DNA of 64,000 nt from Octopus sinensis (taxonomy: Eukaryota): assembly GCF_006345805.1 (NCBI RefSeq), contig NC_043023.1:2170001-2234000 (forward strand). The letters run 5' to 3'. Below the pieces are notes generated by a model. The model was not told where the DNA came from, ran no database searches, and saw nothing but the letters and a program-made list of their open reading frames with translations. A program made the position numbers and the translations under genes. Positions 1 through 12,705 of the stretch are shown here, piece by piece (position 1 is the stretch's first letter; every line of letters starts with the position of its first letter).

Positions 1-429
1 TTTTTTCTTCTACAGAATGAAGAGCAAGTCTTCTTCTATCATACTCTCAATTTTGGTCGACTTGTGCCACAGGGTCTCGGAGGAGATAGTGTTAGTTGAA
101 GGCTACCAAACCTGCCATACATAGACAACTTCAGCTTTATATATATGGATATAACAAAACAAGCACTGATTTAATATCACTTCTTTATAATTCACATCAG
201 TAATCTTGCAAACCAAATCCGAAAATGAAGAAAAAACGTTTTTATTTCAGAAAAAAAATTCTAAAAAGTTCTAAGAGAAAAAGAAACAAAATTCAAAGAA
301 ACATCTTTTTTCTTTTCCCCCCTTCATTCAACCACCCCCTCCAACACAAACCACGAAAAATAAAAAGCTATCAAAGACAAAAAAAATGAAACTAAAGAAT
401 TAAGGAAAAAAATTAAAATATAATTAAAT

Positions 430-830
430 AAATGTGGTTATTTAATCTAAAAGTAAAACGTTTCTCTGTCAAATTCTTTATATCTCCTAATCAATCTGTC
501 ACAGTTTCTGCTCTTAGTTAAGCAACGTCTTCTTATAAAGACATTTTCTGTGACTTGTATGTCTCCGTCACATGTCTCTGCCATTATCTTCTTTGAATGT
601 CTTTGATATCGGGAGACCCGGAAAAAAGTTATCTTCCATGTTAAAGCATCGTTTCTTTGGTGAGGGTCAGCAAATGTTCTGTGAACAATGACCATGAAAT
701 TGAGGGTCAACTATTAGATTAACAGAAAAGAAAGCCACTAATCCTTTGTCAATCTATGGTAATTGCCTATAATCTTTGTTAATCTAAATTAAAACTCGTC
801 CACCATTTTGATTTCACTCTTAGACTTTTC
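430..830. repeat. Unclassified repeat; diverged direct copy at ~3765-4140 and a fragment at ~1890-1950
   Basis: Shared GGGAGACC.GG..AAAG.TATCTTCCATGTTAAA and CAATGACC.TGAAATTGAGGGTCAA. Confidence 0.7.
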
Positions 831-937
831 ATTTTTGGTGTAGTTGTTGCTGCTGCTGTTGTTGTTGGTATTGGTGGTGTTACTGCTGTTCTCTTATGCC
901 AAACTGTTAAGTTATGGAAACATAAACAAAACAACAC

Positions 938-979
<42 letters not shown>

Positions 980-1151
980 GAAGGATTAAAATTAATCAAA
1001 CGATATACTAGGTATGTCTACATGCTGGAAATAGCAGTCTAATCTCTTATTTAAATTACCAAATGATATCTTCGCAAATCATTTTTACATGAATTATTTG
1101 CTCCATATATATACACACACACGCACGCACACACACACACACATATACATA

Positions 1152-1540
1152 GGCATAGGAGTGTCTGTGTGGTAAGTAGCTTGCTTACCAACCACATGGT
1201 TACGAGTTCAGTCCCACTGCGTGGACCTTGGGCAAGTGTCTTCTGCTATAGCTTCGGGCTGACAAGACTTGTGAGTGGATTTGGTAGACGGAAACTGAAA
1301 GAAGCCCGTTGTATGCATGTATGTATGTGTGTGTGTATATGTTTTGTGACTTGTTTGTCCTCCCAATATTGCTTGACAACTGATGCTGGCGTGTTTACAT
1401 CCCTGTAACTTAGTTGTTCGGCAAAAGAGACTGATAGAATAAGTACTAGGCTTAGAAATAATAAGTCCTGGGTTCGACTTGCTTGGCTAAATGCGGTGCT
1501 CCAGCATGGCGACAGTCACATGACTGAAACAAGTAAAAGA

Positions 1541-1542
<2 letters not shown>
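1152..1542 (+). mobile_element. Bipartite tRNA/CORE-like SINE (family A; probably octopus OR-type)
   Basis: Head TGGCTGTGTGGTAAG..GGTTCAGTCCC, CORE-like CACCTTGGGCAAGTGTCTT, internal (TA)(TG) tract, tail ..GACTGAAACAAGTAAAAGAG. The family name is recalled, not searched. Confidence 0.8.
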
Positions 1543-1577
<35 letters not shown>

Positions 1578-1584
1578 CATAATT

Positions 1585-1795
1585 GTGGCTGTGTGGTAAG
1601 AAGCTTGCTTCACAACCGCATGGTCCCAGGTTCAGTCCCACTGTATGACACTTTGGACAAGTGTCTTCTACTATAGCTTGTGAGTGGATTTGGTAGATGG
1701 AAAAAGTCCCAGGGTTAATTCATTCGACTAAAAACACAGGGCAGTGCCCCAGCATGGTCGCAGTCTAATGAGTGAAACAAATAAAAGAGAAAAGA
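1585..1795 (+). mobile_element. Family A SINE, internally deleted
   Basis: Head joined directly to the distal tail. Confidence 0.7.
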
Positions 1796-1967
1796 TATAT
1801 CCTTTACTTGTTTCAGTCATATGATTGCAGCCATACTGGAGCACCACCTTGAAGGGTTTTATAGTTGAATAATCTGTTTGATAATCCCTGGTAATCTTCG
1901 TTATTTTCCGTTAAAACTCAGCTACCATGTTGAGTTCACACTTTCACTCTCCCTTTTCCCATATATA

Positions 1968-2157
1968 CTCTTTTACTTGTTTCAGTCATTTGACTGCGGC
2001 CATGCTGGAGCACCGCCTTTAGTCGAGCAAATCGACCTCATGACTTATTCTTTTTGTAAGCCCAGTACTTATTCTATCGTTCTCTCTTTGCCGAACCACT
2101 AAATGACATGGACGTAAACACACCAGAATCAGTTGTCAAGCAATGCTAGGGGGACAA

Positions 2158-2188
<31 letters not shown>

Positions 2189-2359
2189 CATATATACGAC
2201 AGGCTTCTTTCAGTTTCTGTCTACCAAATCCACTCACAAGGCTTTGGTCGGCCCGGGGCTATAGCAGAAGACACTTGCCCAAGATGCCACGCAGTGGGAC
2301 TGAACCTGGAACCATGTGGTTAGTTAGCAAGGTACTTACCACATAGCCACTCCTGCGCC
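1968..2359 (-). mobile_element. Family A SINE
   Basis: Full head and tail on the minus strand. Confidence 0.85.
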
Positions 2360-2632
2360 TATATATATGTATATGTGCCATGTTGGACCACTGAAATCAA
2401 CATATTTTATGCATTCTCTCTTTATTTCTTCTTGTTCCTTTATGATGAAGAGCGTAGGCTCAAAACATAAAAGGCTTTTTCATTTTTCTCAAGCATCTAA
2501 CTAATATGCTTGCTTGTTGTTCTTTGTTCATGCACCTGTCTTCACCTTTCACCTTTCAATAAGTTTCAACTATAATATTAATATATATTAATTGCGTTGT
2601 TGTGTTTTCTCTTTGTGTTTTCATGTTTGGAT

Positions 2633-2675
<43 letters not shown>

Positions 2676-3360
2676 TGAAGTATATTTGCCACTTAAATGT
2701 GGCTCACCCTTAAGGGTGGATGCTACTGTAGCTTGTAACCCCAGGAGGACACCTTCCAGCTGGCTATTGACTCACTTTCTGTACCCTCACTCAGAGATTT
2801 ACTATATATATATAACAATTTTTTATAATTATGAGTATAATTATAATTACCGTTCAGCAAAAAAATTTGCTTCACCACATGCCGAAAATTTAGAAATCTC
2901 CTAAATTCCTAAAGTTTCGGCATGTGGTGAAGCAAATTTTTTTGCTGGATGCTAATTATAATTATACTCATAATTATAAAAAATTGTTTAAGTTTACCAA
3001 TAATGGTTCTTTTAACGTGCCGAAACTACTTGGTAAAATCATTAATAATTGATAATTATTAATTAATTAATTAATTAATTTTACCCTTTATTATTATTTA
3101 TATATATATATATATAATAGGCTTCCTCAAAATTTCTGTTTACCAAAATCCAATGATGAGGCTTTGGTCAGCCAGTGTTATAGTAGAAGACACTTATCCA
3201 AGGTACTATGCTGTGGAACTGAACTTAGAACCATGTAGACGCAGAGCAAACTTCTTACCACATCTGGAAATTATTTTATAAATGTTGTAAATTAAAAAAT
3301 GTCAAAAAGCAAAATGAAAAGAAATCAAAACTGCAAATAATTATGAATAATATAAATAAA

Positions 3361-3756
3361 GGCACAGGAGTGGCTGTGCGGTAAGTAGCTTGCTTACCAA
3401 CCCAATGGTTCCAGGTTCAGTCCCACTGCGTGGCACCTTGGGCAAGTGTCTTCTGCTATAGCCTCGGGCCGACCAAAGCCTTGGGAGTGGATTTGGTAGA
3501 TGGAAACTGAAAGAAGCCCATCGTATATATGTACATATATATGTGCGTGTGTATGTTTGCGTGTCTGTGTTTGTCCCCCTAGCATTGCTTGACAACCGAT
3601 GCTGGTGTGTTTATGTCCCCATCACTTAGTGGTTTGGCAAAAGAGACCGATAGAATAAGTACTGGGCTTACAAAGAATAAGTTCCGGGGTCGAGTGGCTC
3701 AACTAAAGGCGGTGCTTCAGCATGGCCAAAGTCAAAATGACTGAAACAAGTAAAAA
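3361..3756 (+). mobile_element. Family A SINE
   Basis: Full head and tail. Confidence 0.85.
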
Positions 3757-4369
3757 AAAAAAATGTGGTAACATTTTTTCTGTCAAATTCTTTTAATTTT
3801 CGAATCTATCTGTCATGGTTCCTCCTCTTTATCAAGTTCTGTCTTCTTATGTAGTGGCTTGTATCTTCTTCCCATGTTTCTGCCTTTATCTTCCTCCAAT
3901 ATCTTTGATACCGGGAGACCTGGGGAAAAGATATCTTCCATGTTAAAACACCGTTTCTTTGCCAAAGTCTGACGCCGATGATATTCTGTGAACAATGACC
4001 CTGAAATTGAGGGTCAAACATCAAGAAAAAAGAAGGGAGACTCCAATCTGTTCTTCAGTCTATGGTAATCATCTGTAAACCTCGTTAATCTAAATTAATA
4101 CTCATCTGCCATGTTGAACTCACACTTTTACTTCAAGTGTTTTATTATTATTGTTGTTGTTGTTGCTGTTCTTTTACTTCATGTTGCGGTCGTAGTGGAG
4201 TTGCATGTTTTTGCTATAGCTTTTGGGATTCTGTTAGTCTCTTGCTAAACGGTTAAATCATGGGGATGTAAACAAACCAAGACAGGTTGTGGAGCGATGA
4301 CGGTGCGAGAAACACACACACACACACACATCTTTGTAAATATTAAAACTTGACCATATTCAGTTCAGT

Positions 4370-4759
4370 CTCTTTTACTCTTTTACTTGTTTCAGTCATT
4401 TGACTGTGGCCATGCTGGAGCACTGTCTTTAGTGGAGCTACTCAACCCCAGGACTTATTCTTTGTAAACCTAGTATTTCTTCTATCGGTGTCTTTTGCTG
4501 AACTGCTAAGTTATGGGGACACAAACACACCACCATCGGTTGTCAAGTGATGTTGGGGGACAAACACAGACACACACACATATATATACATATATATGAC
4601 AGGCTTCTTTCAGTTTCTGTCTACCAAATCCACTGACAAGGCTTTGGTTGGCCCGAGTCTATAGTAGAAGACACTTGCCCAAGGGGCCACGCAGTAGAAC
4701 TGAACCCGGAACCATGTGGTTGGTAAGCAAGGTACTTACCACACAGCCACTCCTGCACC
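4370..4759 (-). mobile_element. Family A SINE
   Basis: Full head and tail on the minus strand. Confidence 0.85.
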
Positions 4760-4976
4760 TTATATAATAACGATCAATTTTTTTCTTTTGTTTTGTTGCT
4801 GTTGCTATTCTTATTGTTGTAAGTATGAATGTTGTTGTGGTGGTTGTCATCATAATTGTTGTTGTTAAGATGGTGACCTGACAGAATCACAAGCACGACA
4901 GACAAAATGCTTAGTAACATTTTAATCCATCTTTAAATTTCTTTTTTATATGTTTAAAATTAACTTTTATTACATA

Positions 4977-5670
4977 CTAGCTTAAAAACTGCATTCAGTG
5001 TGGACTTCTAAGCTTACCCCTGTAGAAAGCCAATTAGGCCTACAGCCCCAAACTAAAGTGAGCTAAATAGCATGACCATAATATGTCTATAATGACTGTA
5101 TCTCCTGGTGGTGTTTGATCAGAGGTTAAGGATGGGATGAGAATTAATTCTGTAATGCAATCATTCTATTCTTCCAGTCCCAAGTTGAATTCCAACTGTT
5201 GGCCAATTCGTCCCAAAGTTCTTATCTTGGCATAAAATTAACGAAGCAAATGTCATTAACCCTTTTGTTACTAACCCGGCCAACTCTTGCTCTGTGGTAA
5301 AATGTCTTGTTTTCATAAGTTTTGAATTAAAATCTTCCACCAATCCTTAGTCAAAATTTACGTTCCTAACACTAACTGAATGATAACTAAGTTATTTTAC
5401 TAAATTCTTTGTTATATTTAAAATAATTGAAAGAAACACAGAGCATCTCAACAGAAATATGGTAACGAAAGGGTTAATCTCTCCCTTTGATCTCTGATAT
5501 CATCTGACAAATGCCAACCAAGATGGCATGAATCAACTAAGCTTTACCTGCTAGAAATAACAACCCAAATGCTTTTAAATCAGATCCCAATACTGGATGC
5601 TCAAGAACAACCAAATGAAGGGCAGGTTTTTAATCCCATGATGATCCTGATTCCAAAAAGGTATATGTCT
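4977..5670 (-). mobile_element. Second copy of the same Helitron-like element, carrying a nested TTAA MITE, with its 5' end cut by a SINE
   Basis: The reverse complement aligns by eye with 7790-8165 and 8503-8603, including the CTAG end. Confidence 0.6.
5260..5473. mobile_element. piggyBac-like MITE (214 bp)
   Basis: TTAA|CCCTTTTGTTAC ... GTAACGAAAGGG|TTAA. The paralogous Helitron copy lacks the insert at this point. Confidence 0.75.
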
Positions 5671-5674
5671 ATGT

Positions 5675-6075
5675 AGGAATGGTTGTGTGGTAAGTAGCTT
5701 GCTTACCAACCACATGGTTCCGGGTTCAGTCCCACTGCATGACACCTTGGGCAAGCGTCTTTTACTATAGCCTCAGGCCGACCAAAGCCTTGTGAGTAGA
5801 TTTGGTATATGGAAACTGAAAGAAGCCCGTCGTATATATGTATATAAATATGTATGTTTGTGTGTCTGTGTTTGTCCCCCCAACATCGCTTGACAACCAA
5901 TGCTGGTGTGTTTATGTCCCCATAACTTAGTGGTTCGGCAAAATAGAGCAATAGAATAAGTACTAGGCTTACAAAGAATAAGTCCTGGGGTCGATTTGCT
6001 CGACTAAAGGCGGTGCTCCAGCATGGCCACAGTCAAATGACTTAAACAAGTAAAAGAGTAAAAGAGAGTAAAGAG
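5675..6075 (+). mobile_element. Family A SINE
   Basis: Full head and tail. Confidence 0.85.
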
Positions 6076-6742
6076 AGACAAATGAGTGGATAGATAGATA
6101 GACAGACAAACTGATAGAGGGAGAGAGAGGGAGGGAGAGACAGACAAACAGATTGATGAATAAAGAATAAAGAGTGATTCAAATGGAGACTAAGAGATGA
6201 GGAGAAAACATCAAAGTTGAGTTTTTTCTGTTGGTAAGATTTGGAAACATTGGGCTGGAGAGAGGTAGAGGAGGAGATAAGAAAGAAAAGAAGAGAGGAG
6301 GAAAGAAAAAAGGAGAGAAAATGAAGGGGTGAAACTTAGAGTGTGAGGGAGATGATTAGAAAGACAGGGAGACAGTGTGAGGTAGGGAGAGAGATACAGA
6401 AGGACAGAGTTAGAGAAAGAAAGATAGAGATTTCAGGAGAGCAAGGAAGGGAGAGCGGGAAGGAGAGAGAAAGTATTACGAGAAGAGATAAAGATGAGAA
6501 ACAGTTGAAAAAGTAAGACACAGTGTTTGAAAAAAAAAAATAATAATTTGGACATTTCTCTAATTAGTTCATAAGTTAATTAATTCGTGATTAACTAAAG
6601 ATTGATCAAAGGATACCATAGAACGTGTGTGTGTGTGTGAGTGGTATGTTGTCGGGTGCAGGTTTCAAACAAATGAACTTAGAAGCATGTGATTTCAGAG
6701 TTTACCGATTAGTGACAAAGCCATGATGTGTGTGTATATATG

Positions 6743-6779
<37 letters not shown>

Positions 6780-6968
6780 GAGTAGTTGAATGAATTATCT
6801 TATTATGGATAATTCGGTTAACCGATACCTGGGTAGCAAATTCACGTCAGAAAAACACGGTTGAAGCTACATGCCAAGGGCAGAGATCACGTGCTATCGT
6901 GTGGAAATTTGTGTGTTTTTTTTAATACAAATAAATGAAAGAATGGAGTTGAACGACGAATTAACAAA

Positions 6969-7073
6969 ATTCCTTTATTTTATTTTCGACATATGTTTCG
7001 AAGGCTGCATATTCCTAAATTCGAAGGAATAAGGGGTGCATTATGCTGCCTTCTCATCAGGAAAAGTAAGGAA
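6969..7073 (-). ncRNA. Type I hammerhead ribozyme (minus-strand copy in the fold-back)
   Basis: Reverse complement of the 7162-7266 copy: TCATCAG at 7054-7060 and GACATATGTTTC at 6988-6999. Confidence 0.85.
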
Positions 7074-7161
7074 CTTATGTCAGCATCAAGATGCACAAAA
7101 ATTTTTTGATGCCTGCCCACACGGAGCCCATAGCGATAATGCATCTTGATGCTGACATAAG

Positions 7162-7266
7162 TTCCTTACTTTTCCTGATGAGAAGGCGGCATAATGCACC
7201 CCTTATTCCTTCGAAATTAGGAATATGCAGCCTTCGAAACATATGTCGAAAATAAAATAAAGGAAT
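7162..7266 (+). ncRNA. Type I hammerhead ribozyme (plus-strand copy in the fold-back)
   Basis: UUUUC-CUGAUGA(7175-7181)-GAAGGCGGCAUA...UAUGCAGCCUUC-GAAAC(7236-7240)-AUAU-GUC(7245-7247)-GAAAA. Stem I extends via UUCCUU/AAGGAA. Confidence 0.85.
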
Positions 7267-7298
7267 TTTGTTAATGCATCGTTCAACTCCATTCTTTC

Positions 7299-7335
<37 letters not shown>

Positions 7336-7710
7336 GGTGCTAAAAAGTTCCTGGCGCTGGAGAAAAGAAACACAAGAAGATCCGTTAATTATGATTTTAT
7401 TCAACATATTCCCCTCTCAGATTCACACACTTCTTACAGTGGTCCTTCAGTTTTTCTAAGCCCTGTAAAAGTACTCAGAAGGTTGGACATCCAACAAGGC
7501 CTTTCGTGACGACCTTAAAGCCAGGAATTATGCAGCACCCCTTATATATATATATATATATATATATACATGATAGATCAGTAGCCACTACACACGTTTT
7601 TTTCTCTCCTTGGCGGAATTTGAACTCAGAACGCAGTGGCAGATGAAGTGCTGCTAAGCATTTCACCCGGCGTGCTAACATTTCTGCCAGCTCACTGCCT
7701 TGTTACTGTC

Positions 7711-8603
7711 TCTATAATAACAAAAGCGAAATTCTGTCTGTCTGTCTGTCTGAGACCCCTGTATCTCAGTCTAAATTTGCTCTACATAAACATATTATAA
7801 CAATTTGGAATCGATATGATCCCAGGATTGAAAAATCTGGCCTTCGTTTGGTTCTTGAACATCCATCATTGGGATCTGATTTAAAAGCACTTGGGTTGCT
7901 ATTTCTAGCAGGCAAAGCTTGGCTGATTCCTGCCATCTTGGTTGGCATTTGTCTGATGATGTTAAAGACCAAGGGTGAGAGAAATGACATTTGCTTCGTT
8001 AATTTTATGCTGAGATAAGAACTTTGGGACAAATTGGCCAACAGTTGGAATTCAATTTCATACTAAAACAATAGAATGATTGCATTACAGAATTAATTCT
8101 CCTCCATCCTTAACCTCTGATCAAACAACATCGGAGCACATAGTCATTATAGACATATTATGGTCATACGTGAAGGCACGTGGCTTAGTGGTTAGGGTGT
8201 TCAGCTCACGATTGCAAGGTCATGAGTTCAATTCCTGGCGACGCGTTGTGTCCTTGAGCAAGACACTTTATTTCACGTTGCTCCAGTCCACTCAGCAGGC
8301 AAAAATGAGTTGTACCTGTTTTTCAAAGGGCCGGCCTTGTTACACTCTGTGTCACGCTGAATCTCCCCGAGAACTACGTTAGGGGTACACATGTCTGTGG
8401 AGCACTCAGCCACTTGCATGTTAATTTCACGAGCAAGCTGTTCCGTTGATCATATCAGTGGGGACCCTCGTCGTCGTAACTGACAGAGTGCTCCTCATAA
8501 CCATTATGGTCATGCTATCTAGCCGACTTTAGTTTGGGGCTGTAGGCCTGCCCTTTGCAGGATCTAACTTAAAAGTCCTTATGGAGTGTGGTTTTTAAGC
8601 TAG
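7711..8603 (+). mobile_element. Non-autonomous Helitron-like element carrying a nested SINE
   Basis: Starts TCTATAATAA with (TGTC)n and ends TTTTTAAGCTAG|T. Homologous, in opposite orientation, to 4977-5670. Confidence 0.6.
8168..8502 (+). mobile_element. tRNA-headed SINE with CORE/Meta-like central domain and 11-bp TSD
   Basis: A box GTGGCTTAGTGG, B box GAGTTCAATTCC, central GTTGTGTCCTTGAGCAAGACACTT. TSD ATTATGGTCAT at 8157-8167 and 8503-8513. Confidence 0.8.
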
Positions 8604-9824
8604 TGCTTAAGAATAATGGTAATAATCATCCATTCCACTATAGGCACAAGGCCTGAAATGTAGAGAAGAAGCTAGTTGAATATATCGACCCCAGTGTTCA
8701 AGTGCTATTTTATTATTTTATCAACCCCTGAAAGGATTAAAGGCAAAGTCAACCTTAGAGAAATTTGAAATCCGGATGCAAATATGCTGGAATGATGCTA
8801 CGTCTCTCGTTCGACATGCTAACAATTCTGCTAATAACGATAATAATAATAATGATAATAATGATTAGAATGTTAATGGTAACTAGAATGATGATAATTA
8901 CAACAATAACTACAATGATAACAACAACAAGAAGAACACCAACGGTTAAGAGTAGAATAGAATTGAATAAATACTTCATATCAGCCGATTGTTGTATTTA
9001 AGATTTCCCTCTGGTATTAACCAAAAATGGCTCTGAAAATTGAAGGAGAAAATCTCGAAAAGATTGATACCATCCATAAAACCCGAAATATTAAGTATTT
9101 TTGGCATCGTGGATTATATTATGTTGCTGTTTTTCTATTTCTTTTAGGCTTGTTTTGCTTTGTTTTACATTTAATTTCATTTTATTGTTCGTTTTTCCAT
9201 CCTCGCATTTTCCATCCCCACCACAATCTATTCTACTCGTCATTTCCCAGCCACCGACAGACCAGACTCCTACACCAACTCTAACCAACGTATAACAAGA
9301 GAGTGAGTGGAGTTACTAAGAAATTTTCTGAAATGGCCATAATAATTGATTAAAAAGTCAACGCTATTTCAAGGAGAAATAAAAAGCGGACCAAATAACA
9401 TAAATTTCATTGAATCCCAAGTGACGATATATAAATTGTACTGAGAGAGAATCTGTTTTCAAAGTTATAAAACAATCATCAAACAATCAAATACATTTTC
9501 ATGGCAGACATCTTTGTTTTGTTTCTTCGCCATTTTTATATCTTCTTCCTTGTCCGTGTGTCCTGGACTAGGGTTCACACAACCTGATCTTATATACACA
9601 CACATATATACACAAACACACACATATATTTATATATATATACACATACATACAAGGTGAAAGGGTTAATGGGAATAGGGAACCGAGGCTGTCTGCTGTA
9701 ATGTCTGCAATGATCACTGATAATCTATTTGAGCCGAGGTTGAGAGGTGGGATGCAGACGAACAGATATTATAACAATTACCACTGTCATTATCACCTTT
9801 TATTGTTGTTGCCATTGTTATTGC

Positions 9825-9881
<57 letters not shown>

Positions 9882-10598
9882 TATTATTATTACTATTGTT
9901 AATATTATTATTATTATCATTATTTCTGTTTTGGCTTGTGTCTATGCTGTGTGCCTATGTGTATGTGCATATAGGCATATGTTTACACACACACGCACAC
10001 ACACATACATACACACACGTGCACACACACACACGTAGTTACATATGTCTCTCTTTGTTTATCTGTTTGCCTTCCCTTCTCTCTCTCTCTTTATATATAT
10101 ATATATATACACACACATGCATACATACATACATACATATATATATATACATATATATATACACATACACTCATATATATATCAACACATGCAGACATAC
10201 AAATATATATACATACATTCACGCACATGAGTGCAATATATATATACATCCACATACTCTTGCACACAAATGTCCTCAAAACACATACATTTTAGATATA
10301 TACTAATATACACACAACATATGTGTGTGCGTGTGTGTGTATGTACACACATGCACATAAACATATATCCTCATAACGTGCACATTATATATAACATGCA
10401 CACACATTGTACATATATATGTATGTGTATGTGTGTGAGTGTTTTCACATACATACACACAATATATAAACATACATGCACACAAACATATCCTCATAAC
10501 ATACACACACTATATATAACATATACATACATTTATACATATACACATATTTTCACACACGTACAATATATATATATGTGTGTGTGTGTGTGTATGTA

Positions 10599-10644
<46 letters not shown>

Positions 10645-11361
10645 TATATATATATATACACACATATATATATATATATGGTAAATGAAAAAGGGAAGAT
10701 GGAATATATATATGAAAAGAACACATACTCACACATGCATACTTTCATAACACACACATTATATATATTACCTATACACACACATACACACACGTTAATT
10801 TAATTTCCAATCCCTACAAAGACTTTCTTCTTTCCTTCCTTCCTTCCTTCTTTTCTTTCTTTTTCCATAATTTCTTTCTTTTCATCTTTCTTTTCGTTTT
10901 GTTTCATTTCTGTTTTTTTTTTTTTTTTAATTTCATTGCATCTTCTAATCTTTTTCTATCAGTTTCCTATTGTTTTTGTCTTCTTCGTCTTCCTTTATAG
11001 CCCCAGACTCCACCCCAACCCCCAACCCCCATCCAAGTCTCCCACCCTCCCTCCCTCCCCTCACCCCCCACCCCACAATGTCGTGAAAATCAAATAAAAC
11101 TTATCGATAAAAACATTCAAGAAAATAACCGAAGACATAAAACAAACATTAAAAAAAAAGAAACAGATAGATCATAAATATATGTACCTCTCCCCATGAC
11201 CATCTCTTAGTGCTATGTGATTGTGTTTGGCCTTTTGGTAAGAGTGCCAAGGTCACAATTGTAGTACCATGGGTTCAATTCCTGGATGGCACAGTGTGTC
11301 ACGTTTCCGGACCAGGTACTTCACTTCATGTTGCTTCAGTTTATACTTTTTTTAAAGTATA

Positions 11362-11399
<38 letters not shown>

Positions 11400-11701
11400 T
11401 GTTTGTTCCTTCTTGAGCCATGTCTGGCTCATAAGGGCCGGTTTCCCGGTTTCTTTGGTGTATAGGTTCCCCACCTGGATGGGATGCCAGTCCGTCACAG
11501 GTGAACTGCAAGATGCAGAAGGAAAGAGTGAGAGAAAGTTGTGGCGAAAGATTCAGCAGAGGTTTGCCATTACCTTCTGCCAGAGTTGCGTGGAGCTTAA
11601 GTGTTTCGCTCATAAACACACCCATCATCCAGTCTGAGATTCGAACCCACGATCCTTCGACCGCAAGTCCGCTGCTCTAAACACTAGGCCATGGGCCTCC
11701 A
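11400..11701 (-). mobile_element. tRNA-headed SINE (family C), copy 1 of a tandem pair in (AAT)n
   Basis: Head GGAGGCCCATGGCCTAGTG..GGTTCGAATC, flanked by (AAT)n and homologous to 11736-12021. Confidence 0.8.
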
Positions 11702-11702
11702 C

Positions 11703-11735
<33 letters not shown>

Positions 11736-12021
11736 TGTTTGTTCCTTCTTGAGCCATGTCTGGCTCATAAGGGCCGGTTTCCCGGTTTCTTTGGTGTATA
11801 GGTTCCCCATCTGGATGGGACGCTGGTCCTTCACAGGTGAGCTGCAAGATGCAGGAGGAAAGAGTGGGAGAAAGTTGTGGCGAAAGATTCAGCAGAGGTT
11901 TGCCATTACCTTCTGCTGGACCCACGTGGAGCTTAGGTGTTACGTTCATAAACACACTCATCACCCGGTCTGAGATTCGACCGCAAGTCTGCTGCTCTAA
12001 CCACTAGGCCATGGGCTTCCA
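11736..12021 (-). mobile_element. tRNA-headed SINE (family C), copy 2
   Basis: Direct repeat of 11400-11701 with a deletion in the head, bounded by (AAT)n. Confidence 0.8.
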
Positions 12022-12023
12022 CA

Positions 12024-12055
<32 letters not shown>

Positions 12056-12057
<2 letters not shown>

Positions 12058-12660
12058 GTCTTGCACAGAAAGAGTACAAGCGTCGTCACGACAAGGTAGC
12101 CCAAAACCTCCTCTGGCTATTATGCTGTAAGTATGGAATAAGGGGTTACAGGTGCTTGGTACCAACATACACCAGAAAAGGTAACGGACGAAAAAGGGAA
12201 GGCAAAAATCTTCTGGGTCTTTGATTTCCAGACAGACAAGGTGTTAGAGCACTGAAGGATGGATATAGTAACCTTTAGGAGGGACAAACAAGAGGGCCTA
12301 ATAATTGATGAGGCAGTGCCAGGAGATCAACATATCATCATGAAAGAAAGAGAAAAAGGTTTATAAATATGGAGACCTAAGAATTGAGATCGCTAAGATG
12401 TGGCAGCTACGAGAGTCAAACATAAAGGTCCCTTTATAATGTTATTAGAGCATTGGGTTCAATAACATCCAACCTGAAAAAACATCTGGAAACCTTAGAA
12501 ATACCCTATAATCTAGATGTATTGCAAAAGTCAACATTACTTGGAACTTCACACATATTGTGTAAAGTACTGTCTGAGGTCCTTGTTCTGACTTGACAGA
12601 CAGTACAAATCCCCGCTAGACACAATAGCTGCAACCAACATCACAATATTGGATACTGTG
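12056..12660 (+). mobile_element. 5'-truncated non-LTR retrotransposon relic with restriction-like endonuclease (R4/Dong-like), frameshifted
   Basis: Manual translation across frameshifts gives LAQKEYKRRHDKVAQNLLW..C.KYG / WYQHTPEKV..KIFW.FDFQTDK..MDIV..LIIDEAVPGD..EREK / YKYGDLRIEIAKMW / RALGS..LQKSTLLGTSHILCKVL. It is flanked on both sides by (AAT)n. Confidence 0.8.
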
Positions 12661-12674
12661 CGATGAATTTAATG

Positions 12675-12705
<31 letters not shown>

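Larger units (their letters stand above)
6931..7304. repeat. Near-perfect fold-back of a Penelope-like terminus (arms ~6931-7095 and ~7140-7304, spacer ~44 bp)
   Basis: The arms are reverse complements with very few mismatches and are homologous to 17491-17630. The left arm continues into the spacer with homology to about 17650-17680. The right end abuts (TA)n. Confidence 0.9.

Noticed and set aside
60-135. Hammerhead-like CGGAGGA-GAT..GTT-GAAG near the window start, and CCAATAATGG..GCCGAAAC at ~2997-3040
   Set aside because: There are too many core substitutions to call from a single copy.
447-710. ORFs in the duplicated 430-830 / 3765-4140 repeat as a gene pair
   Set aside because: The reading frames are not conserved between the copies and no domain is recognisable.
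1152-1230. tRNA genes at SINE heads (also 8168, 11620-11701, 55412)
   Set aside because: A/B boxes are present, but they run into SINE bodies without a complete cloverleaf.
2066-2346. Recurrent short ORFs ([22 protein letters not shown].., IYQIHSQGFGRPEA..)
   Set aside because: They are antisense translations of the family A SINE.
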